Positions 29,157 to 37,554 of a stretch of 64,000 nucleotides of DNA are shown one piece after another. Position 1 is the stretch's first letter. Each line of letters starts with the position of its first letter. The notes beneath the pieces are model-generated. The model was not told the origin of the DNA and searched no databases. It saw only the letters and a list, made by a program, of their open reading frames with translations. The stretch comes from Candidatus Latescibacterota bacterium (GTDB lineage: Bacteria > Latescibacterota > UBA2968 > GCA-2709665). The DNA is taken from NCBI GenBank assembly GCA_963662665.2, contig CAXXJS010000025.1, positions 32,001 through 96,000 on the forward strand, written 5' to 3'. The position numbers and the translations under genes are program-made.

Positions 29157-30890
29157 TCAATCCGCCGCGGGTACAGCTCTCAGCGGCGTACTGGCAACAA
29201 TACCGCTTCCCTCCCTAATGGTCACCGTCTGCCCGGATGAAACTTTGTTGATTCGCTCTACGCGTCCGGAAGGCCAGTCCACCTCGATTTCATCGGCAAA
29301 ACGCCCGCCAGCCAGCCCGAACGTCAATATCTGTTCACTTTGCGAACAATAACTCGACCCGGCCCGCACGTAACGCGTCTGCACCCCCGCGCCTGACCGC
29401 ACACGAACGGTCGCGCCGATCCCGTCCCGGTTGGACCACGACTGATCTCCGTCCGGCTTCCGGAGCCCGGCGATCGCGGGCGTACCGCCGCCGATCAACC
29501 TGACTCTAAGGCACTGATTCCGGCTGCCGCCGTCGTTGCGTAAAAGCGCGGGACGGCCGTTGTTGGAGGACACGAGCACGTCCAGGTCGCCGTCGCCGTC
29601 ATAGTCGGCATATGCGGCGCCGCGCCCCACCCTGGGATCGGACAGATCGCCGCTTGTCGAACCCACTTCCGCAAAACTGCCGTCCCCCCTGTTCCTGTAA
29701 AGTAACGGGCGCTGGGCATGGCTGAGATGGGACTTGACCTCGCTGATCCGGTTGTCCACGTGTCCGTTTGCCGCGAAGAGATCCAGGCGGCCGTCCAGAT
29801 CGTAGTCGAAAAAGAAGACCCCGAAGGTGACAAACGGCGCGCTCGGGTGACCTATGCCCGAAGGCAGAGTTTTATCTGTGAAATACGCTCCATCCTGATT
29901 CTGGAACAGCGAGATCATCTCGAAGGCGAAATTTCCAACGGCCACGTCCTCCCTGCCGGCGTTGCGGAGATCTCCGGCGTCGACCCCCATACCCGACTTC
30001 GCCTCTCCGGCGGCGCTGTATGCCACGCCCGAAAGAAGCCCATCCTCCGTAAACGTGCCGTCCCCGTTGTTCCGGAACAGATAGTCCGGCATCGTGTCGT
30101 TGGACATCAGGATGTCGGACCATCCGTCGCCGTTGTAATCCATGGCGACGGCGGACATGCCCTTTCCCGGCTTTGCGCCGATTCCGGATGCGTTCGTGAC
30201 GTCCTTGAAACCGTCTCCGTCGTTGCGGTATAGCCGCGAGTACACGGGATCGTACAGCTGCGGGGCATAAGACCGTCCGCTGGAACGCGCCGACAGCCAG
30301 TCGTCCCGCTCCGCGGTCCACTGAAGGTAGTTTCCCACGAACAGGTCCAGGTCGCCGTCCCGATCGAAGTCCACCCAGACCGCGCACACGCTCCACGTCG
30401 AATCCCCCACCCCCATCTGCGCCGTGACGTCGTCAAACCTTCCATTCCCCTGATTCCGGTACAGCCGGTTGGCGCCAAGGCCGGCCACGTACAGGTCGCT
30501 GTCTCCGTCGTTGTCATAGTCTCCGGCCGCGCAGCCCATCCCGTACATTGGCTGATCCAGCCCTGCCCGGGCCGTCACGTCCGAAAAGCGTCCGTCTCCA
30601 TTGTTCCGGTAAAGCGCCATCGTGGGCGGCGGCTCAGATCCGCGTTCGTGCAGCGGGGCGCAGTTGATAAGGAGAATATCCGCATCCCCGTCGCCGTCAT
30701 AGTCCCAGAACGCGCATCCGGACCCCATCGATTCCGGCATATACTCCCTTCCGGACCCGCCGTTGTCGTGCATGAACCGGATCCCGGCGGACCGGGTTAC
30801 ATCCTTGAAGACCACCCCCTGCGCAAGGCTGTTTCCTTCAATGCCCATCGAGAACACGAAAACCGTAAATATAATCCTTGAACGTCTCAC
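29157..30890 (-). CDS. CRTAC1-family protein (FG-GAP/VCBS repeats + ASPIC/UnbV domain)
   Basis: Repeated DYDGDGD/DYDNDGD/DFDRDGD motifs; SNRDGIGA...SYCSQS...FGL...WPSG. GTG 30890 overlaps the upstream stop (GTGA). Confidence 0.92.
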   Translation of the reverse strand: MRRSRIIFTVFVFSMGIEGNSLAQGVVFKDVTRSAGIRFMHDNGGSGREYMPESMGSGCAFWDYDGDGDADILLINCAPLHERGSEPPPTMALYRNNGDGRFSDVTARAGLDQPMYGMGCAAGDYDNDGDSDLYVAGLGANRLYRNQGNGRFDDVTAQMGVGDSTWSVCAVWVDFDRDGDLDLFVGNYLQWTAERDDWLSARSSGRSYAPQLYDPVYSRLYRNDGDGFKDVTNASGIGAKPGKGMSAVAMDYNGDGWSDILMSNDTMPDYLFRNNGDGTFTEDGLLSGVAYSAAGEAKSGMGVDAGDLRNAGREDVAVGNFAFEMISLFQNQDGAYFTDKTLPSGIGHPSAPFVTFGVFFFDYDLDGRLDLFAANGHVDNRISEVKSHLSHAQRPLLYRNRGDGSFAEVGSTSGDLSDPRVGRGAAYADYDGDGDLDVLVSSNNGRPALLRNDGGSRNQCLRVRLIGGGTPAIAGLRKPDGDQSWSNRDGIGATVRVRSGAGVQTRYVRAGSSYCSQSEQILTFGLAGGRFADEIEVDWPSGRVERINKVSSGQTVTIREGSGIVASTPLRAVPAAD

Positions 30891-32017
30891 TTTTTTCGCG
30901 ATTTCTCCAGCCGATTCAGTCTTGCCATCGCGTCGGCGACCCACGCCTCCTGCCTTGAATCCTTCCGGGCAAGTCTCAGATACGTCCGCCAGTGGTAAAT
31001 CGCGCTATCCACGCCGCCCGTCCGTTCGTGAATGATGCCCAGATTGTAATGTCCGTCGGCAAAATCCGGCGAAACACCGATCGCGCGCCCGTAGGCCTTA
31101 ATTGCCGCACGGTAGTCTCCGAGATTGAAATACGCGTTGGCCAGGCCCGCGTAGCGCATCGCGTGCTGGTGTCCTGCCACCGACCGGGTGTACGCTCCCT
31201 GATGCGCGTCGACGACCGACACAACCGAATCCGGCGGTGCGTTATCGGGTTTCAGCCGGATGGCCTCCCTGTACGAGGGCGCCGCCTCCGCGTACCTTCC
31301 CTGCCGGGAGTATGCATTGCCCAGGTTGTAGTGTGCTTCGGCAAGGTCCGGATCCAGCCGGATGGCCTCCAGTTGCCGGAATACGGCCCTCTCAAAGTCT
31401 CCGGTGAGCATGTGGACGAGCCCCAGATTCGCATGGGCCTCGGCGTAATCCGGCATCAGCGCAACGGCCTCGCCATATGCGGCACGCGCCTCCTCGACTT
31501 TTCCCCGATCCAGAAACTGTGTGCCCCGGGCAACCTGCTCCGCGGCGGCCTGGCAGCGGGAAACCGCCCCCAGGAATAGCGATTTCATCGGTTCGCCGGA
31601 ATAAGGCGACCCCGCGGCGGCGGCCCGCCGGTATGCCGCCAGCGCGTCCCCGTACCTGCGCTCCCGCGCATCCATCAGGCCCAGCAGATAGAAAGCCCCG
31701 GCGAAATCGGGTGCAGCCGCCAGGGCCTCACGCAGGCGCGCGGCCGCACGACCCATTGCCCGCTTGGTCAGATTCCAGCCCGGCCCACTTCCGGTTCGGT
31801 TCCTGGCCATGAGTCCGGCGGCCTCGGAAAATGGTGGATACGCGCCTTGCGTCGCCCCCACCCCGAATCCCGCCTTTGTCACCGGCGCCAGACCGGTCGC
31901 CGCATGCAACCGGGCGGCTACGCTGTCCTCCAGGGCGGTACCGGATGCCACGGCGGCGAAAGGTCGAGTACACGAGACGCAAACCGCGAGCAGTCCCAGC
32001 CACAACCCCCGGCGCAC
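30887..32017 (-). CDS. Tetratricopeptide repeat protein, probably exported
   Basis: PDYAEAHANLG, PDLAEAHYNLGNAY, PDFADGHYNLG repeats. Start moved to GTG 32017 (VRRGLWLGLLAVC) to avoid overlap with the upstream gene; start is uncertain. Confidence 0.8.
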   Translation of the reverse strand: MRRGLWLGLLAVCVSCTRPFAAVASGTALEDSVAARLHAATGLAPVTKAGFGVGATQGAYPPFSEAAGLMARNRTGSGPGWNLTKRAMGRAAARLREALAAAPDFAGAFYLLGLMDARERRYGDALAAYRRAAAAGSPYSGEPMKSLFLGAVSRCQAAAEQVARGTQFLDRGKVEEARAAYGEAVALMPDYAEAHANLGLVHMLTGDFERAVFRQLEAIRLDPDLAEAHYNLGNAYSRQGRYAEAAPSYREAIRLKPDNAPPDSVVSVVDAHQGAYTRSVAGHQHAMRYAGLANAYFNLGDYRAAIKAYGRAIGVSPDFADGHYNLGIIHERTGGVDSAIYHWRTYLRLARKDSRQEAWVADAMARLNRLEKSRKK

Positions 32018-32033
32018 GGCGGCGGCGGCCCGG

Positions 32034-32891
32034 CTATTGATGTACGTCGCGCACACAGCGAAACCCGATGAAATTGCCCTTCTGGACGGGATAAAATCGG
32101 AACCGGGCAGACGTTTTAAGGTAATGTGGCAGGTGGTGCCAGGAACTGCCTCTGACCACTCGGAAGGTTCCGGTCTCCGGTCCGGATGGATTTTCTTTTG
32201 GACTTCGACTGTAGTAGGTGTCATCGTACCAGTCATTGCACCATTCCCACGCGTTGCCCGCCATGTCAAGCAAACCGTACGGGCTCGCACCCCTGGGCCT
32301 GGACCCCACCGGCATGGTATGACAGAACTCCCCGGGCACCGGACCGGCGGAAGAATTGGCCCAGTTGGTGCGCCCGCACCTGCCGCCCAGATCCATAATC
32401 GCATGGTCCCCTCCCGGCGCCGCTTCACCCCACGGGTATGTCCGTCCGTCCGTGCCCCGTGCCGCCTTTTCCCACTGTGCCTCCGATGGCAGGCGACCGC
32501 CGCGCCACCTGCAGTAGGCATCCGCTTCCGTCCACGTAACGCCCACTACCGGCTGGCGGTCATTGGAAAACAACGGATTTACGGTTTCCGGCGGCAATGA
32601 AGCCCCCGTCGCGCGCGCATACGCACGGAACTGAGCGTTGGGCACCTCGTACTTGTCAATATAAAACGCACTGAGATACACGACGTGCGCAGGGCTTTCG
32701 GGGTCGAATCCCTGATTCGTGCCCATCAGGAAATCGCCTGCGTTTACGACCAGCATCGTGTCCACGGTACCCGCGGGCGTGTGGTCCAGGAAGACCCCCT
32801 CGGGCAGTTCTTCCAGGGGGGACTCTCCGCTGCACCCGGCGCACACCAGGAGACCATACCAGGCGACCAGCCACCGCTTGCAATGGCGCAT
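32034..32891 (-). CDS. FGE-sulfatase (SUMF1) domain lipoprotein
   Basis: Lipobox-like CAGC; FLMG, YIDKYEV, PVVGVTW, RLPSEAQWEKAARG, DMAGNAWEW, IGFRC. Start ATG 32891. Confidence 0.9.
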   Translation of the reverse strand: MRHCKRWLVAWYGLLVCAGCSGESPLEELPEGVFLDHTPAGTVDTMLVVNAGDFLMGTNQGFDPESPAHVVYLSAFYIDKYEVPNAQFRAYARATGASLPPETVNPLFSNDRQPVVGVTWTEADAYCRWRGGRLPSEAQWEKAARGTDGRTYPWGEAAPGGDHAIMDLGGRCGRTNWANSSAGPVPGEFCHTMPVGSRPRGASPYGLLDMAGNAWEWCNDWYDDTYYSRSPKENPSGPETGTFRVVRGSSWHHLPHYLKTSARFRFYPVQKGNFIGFRCVRDVHQ

Positions 32892-32893
32892 GC

Positions 32894-33781
32894 TCAGTCT
32901 ATATCCCTCGCGCACCGGACGCCCCATCCGTCCGTAGCTCCCGTGGGATCCGACCAGCTCCGGTAGGTGATGCTGAGTCTGTTCGGATCCTGTCCCGCGC
33001 CGGTCCGCCACGACCCGCCACGAAGCACCCGGAACTCGCCCTGCTTCGGTCCCGTGGGCCCGACGGTGGCGCTCACTTTGTAGTATTCGGCATCGTAGTA
33101 GTCCGCGCACCACTCCCAAACGTTCCCCACCAGGTCCATCGCCCCGTAAAAGCTGACACCCTCCGGGTAATTTCCCACCGGCGCCAGAGTATTGTCGTAC
33201 CCGTCGCCGCCGTCCCTGTAATTCGCCCTGGACCCGTTCAGTCCCTTATTCCAGGGGTAGGGCTCTCTCGCCTCGTCGCCGCGAGCGGTCTTCTCCCATT
33301 CCGCCTCGGTCGGCAACCTGGCCCCGCGCCAGACGCAGTAGGCGGCCGCGTCGAACCAGCTGATCCCCACAACCGGAAAGTTCGGCCGGGTTTCCGCCCG
33401 CTCGGGCCAGTCACCGATGCCGTTCGTGGACCCATGGCTGGCCGGCGTATGCCGCTGCCGGTTGCCGCCGTCTTGCGCCGCCCAGAACCTGAAATACTGG
33501 GCATTGGTCGCTTCATACCGGTCTATATAGAATGCGCTGAGGTACACCTGCCGTGCGGGCTGCTGATCCGCCGGCCCGCGTTCCATGCCCATGGTGAAGT
33601 GACCCGCCGGGACCCGAATCATTTCCACGCCCGCGAAAAGACGTACCAGACCCACCGGAAGGGGTCGATCCTGGTTCGGGTCGACTTCCTCCACGGCGCT
33701 GGTTAGTGGCTCATCCGCGCCGCCGCAACCCGTAACGCCCCACGCAATCAGGCAAATACAGAAAAGTCCGATGGCACGCAT
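32894..33781 (-). CDS. FGE-sulfatase (SUMF1) domain lipoprotein
   Basis: Lipobox VTGC; RLPTEAEWEK, GNVWEW, RGGSW, GVRC. Start ATG 33781 after GAGGT. Confidence 0.9.
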   Translation of the reverse strand: MRAIGLFCICLIAWGVTGCGGADEPLTSAVEEVDPNQDRPLPVGLVRLFAGVEMIRVPAGHFTMGMERGPADQQPARQVYLSAFYIDRYEATNAQYFRFWAAQDGGNRQRHTPASHGSTNGIGDWPERAETRPNFPVVGISWFDAAAYCVWRGARLPTEAEWEKTARGDEAREPYPWNKGLNGSRANYRDGGDGYDNTLAPVGNYPEGVSFYGAMDLVGNVWEWCADYYDAEYYKVSATVGPTGPKQGEFRVLRGGSWRTGAGQDPNRLSITYRSWSDPTGATDGWGVRCARDID

Positions 33782-33876
33782 GACCACCTCGCGCGCCGTG
33801 TATCCCGATACGACCGTCCGGTCCCCCACGTTACAAACTCGTTCTTGTCCCTTACCGAATCGTTATTCGATAACAA

Positions 33877-33933
33877 AACGGCGGCCAATGCCCCTTCCCG
33901 CCGACCCGGCCGGAGACACATTGCGCCGCCGTT
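33877..33933. other. Intergenic stem-loop after the PorV-like gene
   Basis: AACGGCGGC-CAATG ... CATTG-C-GCCGCCGTT imperfect inverted repeat. Confidence 0.45.
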
Positions 33934-33988
33934 AGCGCTGTTTACGGAAAGCGGCCCGAATCAGGGTCGCCACTGCATCTGTTACAAA

Positions 33989-34969
33989 CTAAAATGCGCC
34001 GCCGATACTGAACCGAATGGGTGCGTCCAGCAACTCGCCGACGTCGGTATAGGCGACGTCAACCAGAACGGTACGGCCACTCCAGTTGCCCTTGAAACCC
34101 GCGCCAACGCTGTATGTTTCCAGGTCGTGATTGAACTTGTACCCGGTCCGAAGGGCCACGGCACCTGACAGCCAGAACTCCGCGCCGACCTGCCATCGCT
34201 GTTCGTAGTCGACTTGATAGGAACTGCCGAACGCGACGGTCAGGTAATTCGGTTCGTCCATCTGGCCGTATAACTCCATCGCCACACCGATATCGAAATT
34301 CATCGGCATCAGGAATTTCTGGTCTTCCGCCAGCACCTTGGTATCAGGCCCGAAATTACGCATGGCCAGGGCAATACGTGAACTGCGAAAACCGGTATAA
34401 AAGTGGGTCCCGGCGTCGAGAACGACGGAGGTCATATTGTCGACGTGCAGTGTCTCCGAAATATACACCACCCGGATGCCCAGGCCCAACTTGTCGGTCG
34501 CTTGAAACGCATAGGCAAGGCCGACAGACGTTCCGCCGCCCTTGACCATTTCCCCAGTGCCCTCGGGGTTGAAAATTGTCCGCACGGGCATGTCGCCAAT
34601 GTCGTAATTCACAACGCTCACGCCCAGCACGCCCCAGCCCGTCCTGTAGGCAAACGCTCCGCTGTAAAATCCGGTGTCGACCAGCCACCTGGTGTGGGAA
34701 AGCTGGTACCCGAACCGCTTCAGATGGACCAGCCCGGCCGGGTTGGCAAAAATCGCGTTGATGTCGTTCGACACGGCCGTGAACGCATCTCCCATACCGG
34801 CCGCACGTGAGGACTGGGTCACTTTCATCCACGGAAACGACGCAAGTCCCAGTTTTCGGAAATCCTCGGACTTGAGGATTTCCGGAACGTCCCGCGCTTC
34901 TGTGGACGAATTCCCGAATACACCGGCCACGAGAACGGTCATCAGTGTGATGCACAGTATCCGCTTCAT
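33989..34969 (-). CDS. PorV/PorQ (UPF0164)-family outer-membrane beta-barrel
   Basis: Signal peptide; SRAAGMGDAFTAVSNDINAIFANPAGL; HTRWLVD; alternating beta strands; terminal Phe. Confidence 0.85.
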   Translation of the reverse strand: MKRILCITLMTVLVAGVFGNSSTEARDVPEILKSEDFRKLGLASFPWMKVTQSSRAAGMGDAFTAVSNDINAIFANPAGLVHLKRFGYQLSHTRWLVDTGFYSGAFAYRTGWGVLGVSVVNYDIGDMPVRTIFNPEGTGEMVKGGGTSVGLAYAFQATDKLGLGIRVVYISETLHVDNMTSVVLDAGTHFYTGFRSSRIALAMRNFGPDTKVLAEDQKFLMPMNFDIGVAMELYGQMDEPNYLTVAFGSSYQVDYEQRWQVGAEFWLSGAVALRTGYKFNHDLETYSVGAGFKGNWSGRTVLVDVAYTDVGELLDAPIRFSIGGAF

Positions 34970-35005
34970 AAACTTATGCTCCTTCCCGGAATTGCCGCTC
35001 GCCGG

Positions 35006-37441
35006 CTATCGGATGACCATGAATTTTCCTATTCGCTTTTTCCCCATACTTTCGGAAACGAGAGATTCCACCACGAAGAAGTAGACGCCCGCGGAGATCG
35101 ACCCCGTGCCAAGCGACATTGCCAACTGGTCCCACTGCGCTTCTCCCAGCCAGACGTTCGGATCGTTTGGCGCATCCGTGCGGTCGTCGTGCAGGATCTT
35201 TCCGACCATGTCGCCGGCGCTGTTGAACACGTGGATCAAGCACTTGCTCGGCACGTTCACGAACCGGATCTCCGGTTTGCCCGGGTATTGCAGGTTGGCG
35301 TCGCCGACCCGGAACGGATTGGGCACTACGAAGACCTCTCTGCCCAGCGCCTCGGTCTCGCCAACCGCGGGCTGCTTCGGGCTGAAAAACGGTGGCTTGC
35401 GCTGGGACCTGGCCCACTGACCGCCTTCCAGACCGGCCTTCACCTGTGCCTGAACCAGTTCCGGCAAGGTGGCCATGGTACCCACGCGTCCCATCCAGTC
35501 TTCGTGGCCGTTTGCGAACGGCCGGACCGAATACCAGTAGTTGAAGCCGGCAACCGACTCTGCGTCCGTAAACGTATGGGTCCCTGTCGGGACCTCACCG
35601 ATTCTTGTCCATGGCCCGTCCGGGTTCCATTCGGACCGGTAGACGCGGTAGCCCGCCACGTCCTGCGCCTCCGAGCCCATATAGTCCGGGTTCAACGCGC
35701 CGTCGGCCGAGTTCCAGGTGAGCAGGTTCTGCGCCTCCGGGCTGTTCGTCACCGCCACGTACACGTCCGGCGGTGGGTCCGGCACGTCGTATTCGTTATC
35801 GTAAGCCCATTTGGCGCGTTTGAAGAACTCCACCATCCATTCCTCGCCCTTCTTCAGGCCTTCGAAGTCGTACAGATGCGAACGGGTCCAGCTGTACAGG
35901 TCGCCCTCTCCGGCGCCCGATCCCCCCACCCAAGCCACCACCAGCTTGGCCTTATCGCCAGGGCCAAGCGAATACGGGCCGAACGTCTGGGCGCTGTAGT
36001 AAACGCCGATCTCTCCCGGATTGGGTTGTATCCCCTGCTCCGCGATCATATTGTACATCGTCTGCCGGTCGTGCGCGCCCGGCCGGGGGTCGGCGGACAC
36101 CGTGGTGCTTTCGATCCGCCAGAAGCGCACGGCGTGAGGCTGTTCGCCCTGGGGATGCACGTACTTGCCGGCGTCCCGGGTATTGAATCCCCAGTCCCCG
36201 CCGTCCTCGTACGCCAGCGGCCCGAAGCCCATATACTGATAGGAGGTGAATTCGCCGTCTTTCCGGCCCGTATCGCACGACGGCGAAATTATCAGCCGGT
36301 TCACGGGATCGCCGGTATCGTCCCAGGGGAACTCGGGACTGTCACCGTCCCAGTCTACGATCATCTTCAGCCCCTTGGCCGGGCCAGAGTAGCCGGTGTT
36401 CTCCGTATAGACGATCCGGTCGTCGAGACCTCCCACGTTGTACCAATGCCAGCTGTCCGACCGGTTGTAGTGGGACAGCCCCGCGTCCGTGAGCATCCAG
36501 GCGCCGATGATGGGAACGAAGACGTCATTGAGCCTTTCCACGGGCAGGTCCCTCTCACCGTCTCCATCGCTGTCGCCTGTGTTTTCGAACTCGATCTCCG
36601 TAATGATGAAGTCGTCCCAGGCCGGGTAGCTCCAGGCCATTGTTCTGCGCGTAAACGTAACCCCCGCCGCCGTTGTCCATTTGGTCACAATGATCTCTTC
36701 GGGCCATTCGTCGGAGCGGGAAGACGGCGCGGCCGGGGGCCCAGGCGTCGCGTATTCTCCCCACGACCAGTTGCTGATCCTCACGGGGTCCCTGTTCAGC
36801 GGCGCTTCCTCCAAGATCTGCGCCAGGTTCTCGCTCCAGGTGGGCGCGTAGTACCACGGCGCGCCTTTACGCCAGTCCATACCCGGATTCTCGCCGGTGG
36901 AGGGCTGCACCCTGATTTCACCGCCCAGGTAATGCAGTTCCTCGTCCATGGACGGGTCTGCAACCATGGGCACGATCTCGTCCAGCATATCCGAACGTGG
37001 TCCGGTCAATACCACGTAAAACTCTTTCTTGTCGGCAAATTTGTCGTAGACTCTCGTTCCCGCGAAGCTGGGCGGGAGCCGCAGTGCAAGACCGATGCCC
37101 TCCCCGTGCGACGTGCTCTCGATTCGCCCCTCGCTGTTGCAGTCTATATTGAAAAAGGGCAACTGGCCTGACCAGCCCTGGCCGGTAATGATATCGCCGC
37201 CAACCGTGGAGGGATAGACCATGCTGGAAGCCCGCGAGAGCGCCGCGCCGATGGAGCCGCCCTGGGTGCCCAGATTTGTCACCGAAGTGTAGAGCATTCC
37301 ACGCTCCAGGGCGGCCCTGCCCGCGGACCCCGGGTGGTTCGCCTGGCCCCAGACCTGTCCGGACCAGCATACGGCCAAGACTCCTGCGAACGCCCATCCG
37401 CCAACACCTTTCAGCATGGCGTTCAAACGGTTCGAACGCAT
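35006..37441 (-). CDS. Secreted hypothetical protein with FN3-like and C-terminal T9SS-CTD/FlgD-Ig-like domains
   Basis: Signal peptide; VPDPPP...LTW...GYRVYRS (FN3-like); VVPNPF...IRFVNVP..C.IHVFNSAGDMV...WD...SAGVYFFVVE...KFMVIR. Confidence 0.75.
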   Translation of the reverse strand: MRSNRLNAMLKGVGGWAFAGVLAVCWSGQVWGQANHPGSAGRAALERGMLYTSVTNLGTQGGSIGAALSRASSMVYPSTVGGDIITGQGWSGQLPFFNIDCNSEGRIESTSHGEGIGLALRLPPSFAGTRVYDKFADKKEFYVVLTGPRSDMLDEIVPMVADPSMDEELHYLGGEIRVQPSTGENPGMDWRKGAPWYYAPTWSENLAQILEEAPLNRDPVRISNWSWGEYATPGPPAAPSSRSDEWPEEIIVTKWTTAAGVTFTRRTMAWSYPAWDDFIITEIEFENTGDSDGDGERDLPVERLNDVFVPIIGAWMLTDAGLSHYNRSDSWHWYNVGGLDDRIVYTENTGYSGPAKGLKMIVDWDGDSPEFPWDDTGDPVNRLIISPSCDTGRKDGEFTSYQYMGFGPLAYEDGGDWGFNTRDAGKYVHPQGEQPHAVRFWRIESTTVSADPRPGAHDRQTMYNMIAEQGIQPNPGEIGVYYSAQTFGPYSLGPGDKAKLVVAWVGGSGAGEGDLYSWTRSHLYDFEGLKKGEEWMVEFFKRAKWAYDNEYDVPDPPPDVYVAVTNSPEAQNLLTWNSADGALNPDYMGSEAQDVAGYRVYRSEWNPDGPWTRIGEVPTGTHTFTDAESVAGFNYWYSVRPFANGHEDWMGRVGTMATLPELVQAQVKAGLEGGQWARSQRKPPFFSPKQPAVGETEALGREVFVVPNPFRVGDANLQYPGKPEIRFVNVPSKCLIHVFNSAGDMVGKILHDDRTDAPNDPNVWLGEAQWDQLAMSLGTGSISAGVYFFVVESLVSESMGKKRIGKFMVIR

Positions 37442-37493
37442 CGTATCCTCCTTAGCGTTTATCGGCCCTCAATGAAATGAAGAATCGCATGGT

Positions 37494-37527
37494 GGCGGGT
37501 GCCCGGACGACCCTCCGGGCACCCGCC
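37494..37527. other. Perfect 14-bp GC-rich stem-loop between the TBDR and its partner gene
   Basis: GGCGGGTGCCCGGA-CGACCC-TCCGGGCACCCGCC; no U tract directly after it on the minus strand. Confidence 0.75.
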
Positions 37528-37554
37528 CGTTCCTGTAGTGGATACCAGAACGGA

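Noticed and set aside
32018-32521. Long N-terminal extension of the TPR ORF
   Set aside because: Overlaps the FGE-domain gene in another frame; a signal-like sequence begins at about 32017.
32034-33781. True formylglycine-generating enzymes for sulfatase maturation
   Set aside because: The catalytic Cys pair is absent, both are lipoproteins, and no sulfatase is in the window.
34976-37171. 731-aa plus-strand ORF
   Set aside because: Mirror frame of the 811-aa secreted protein.
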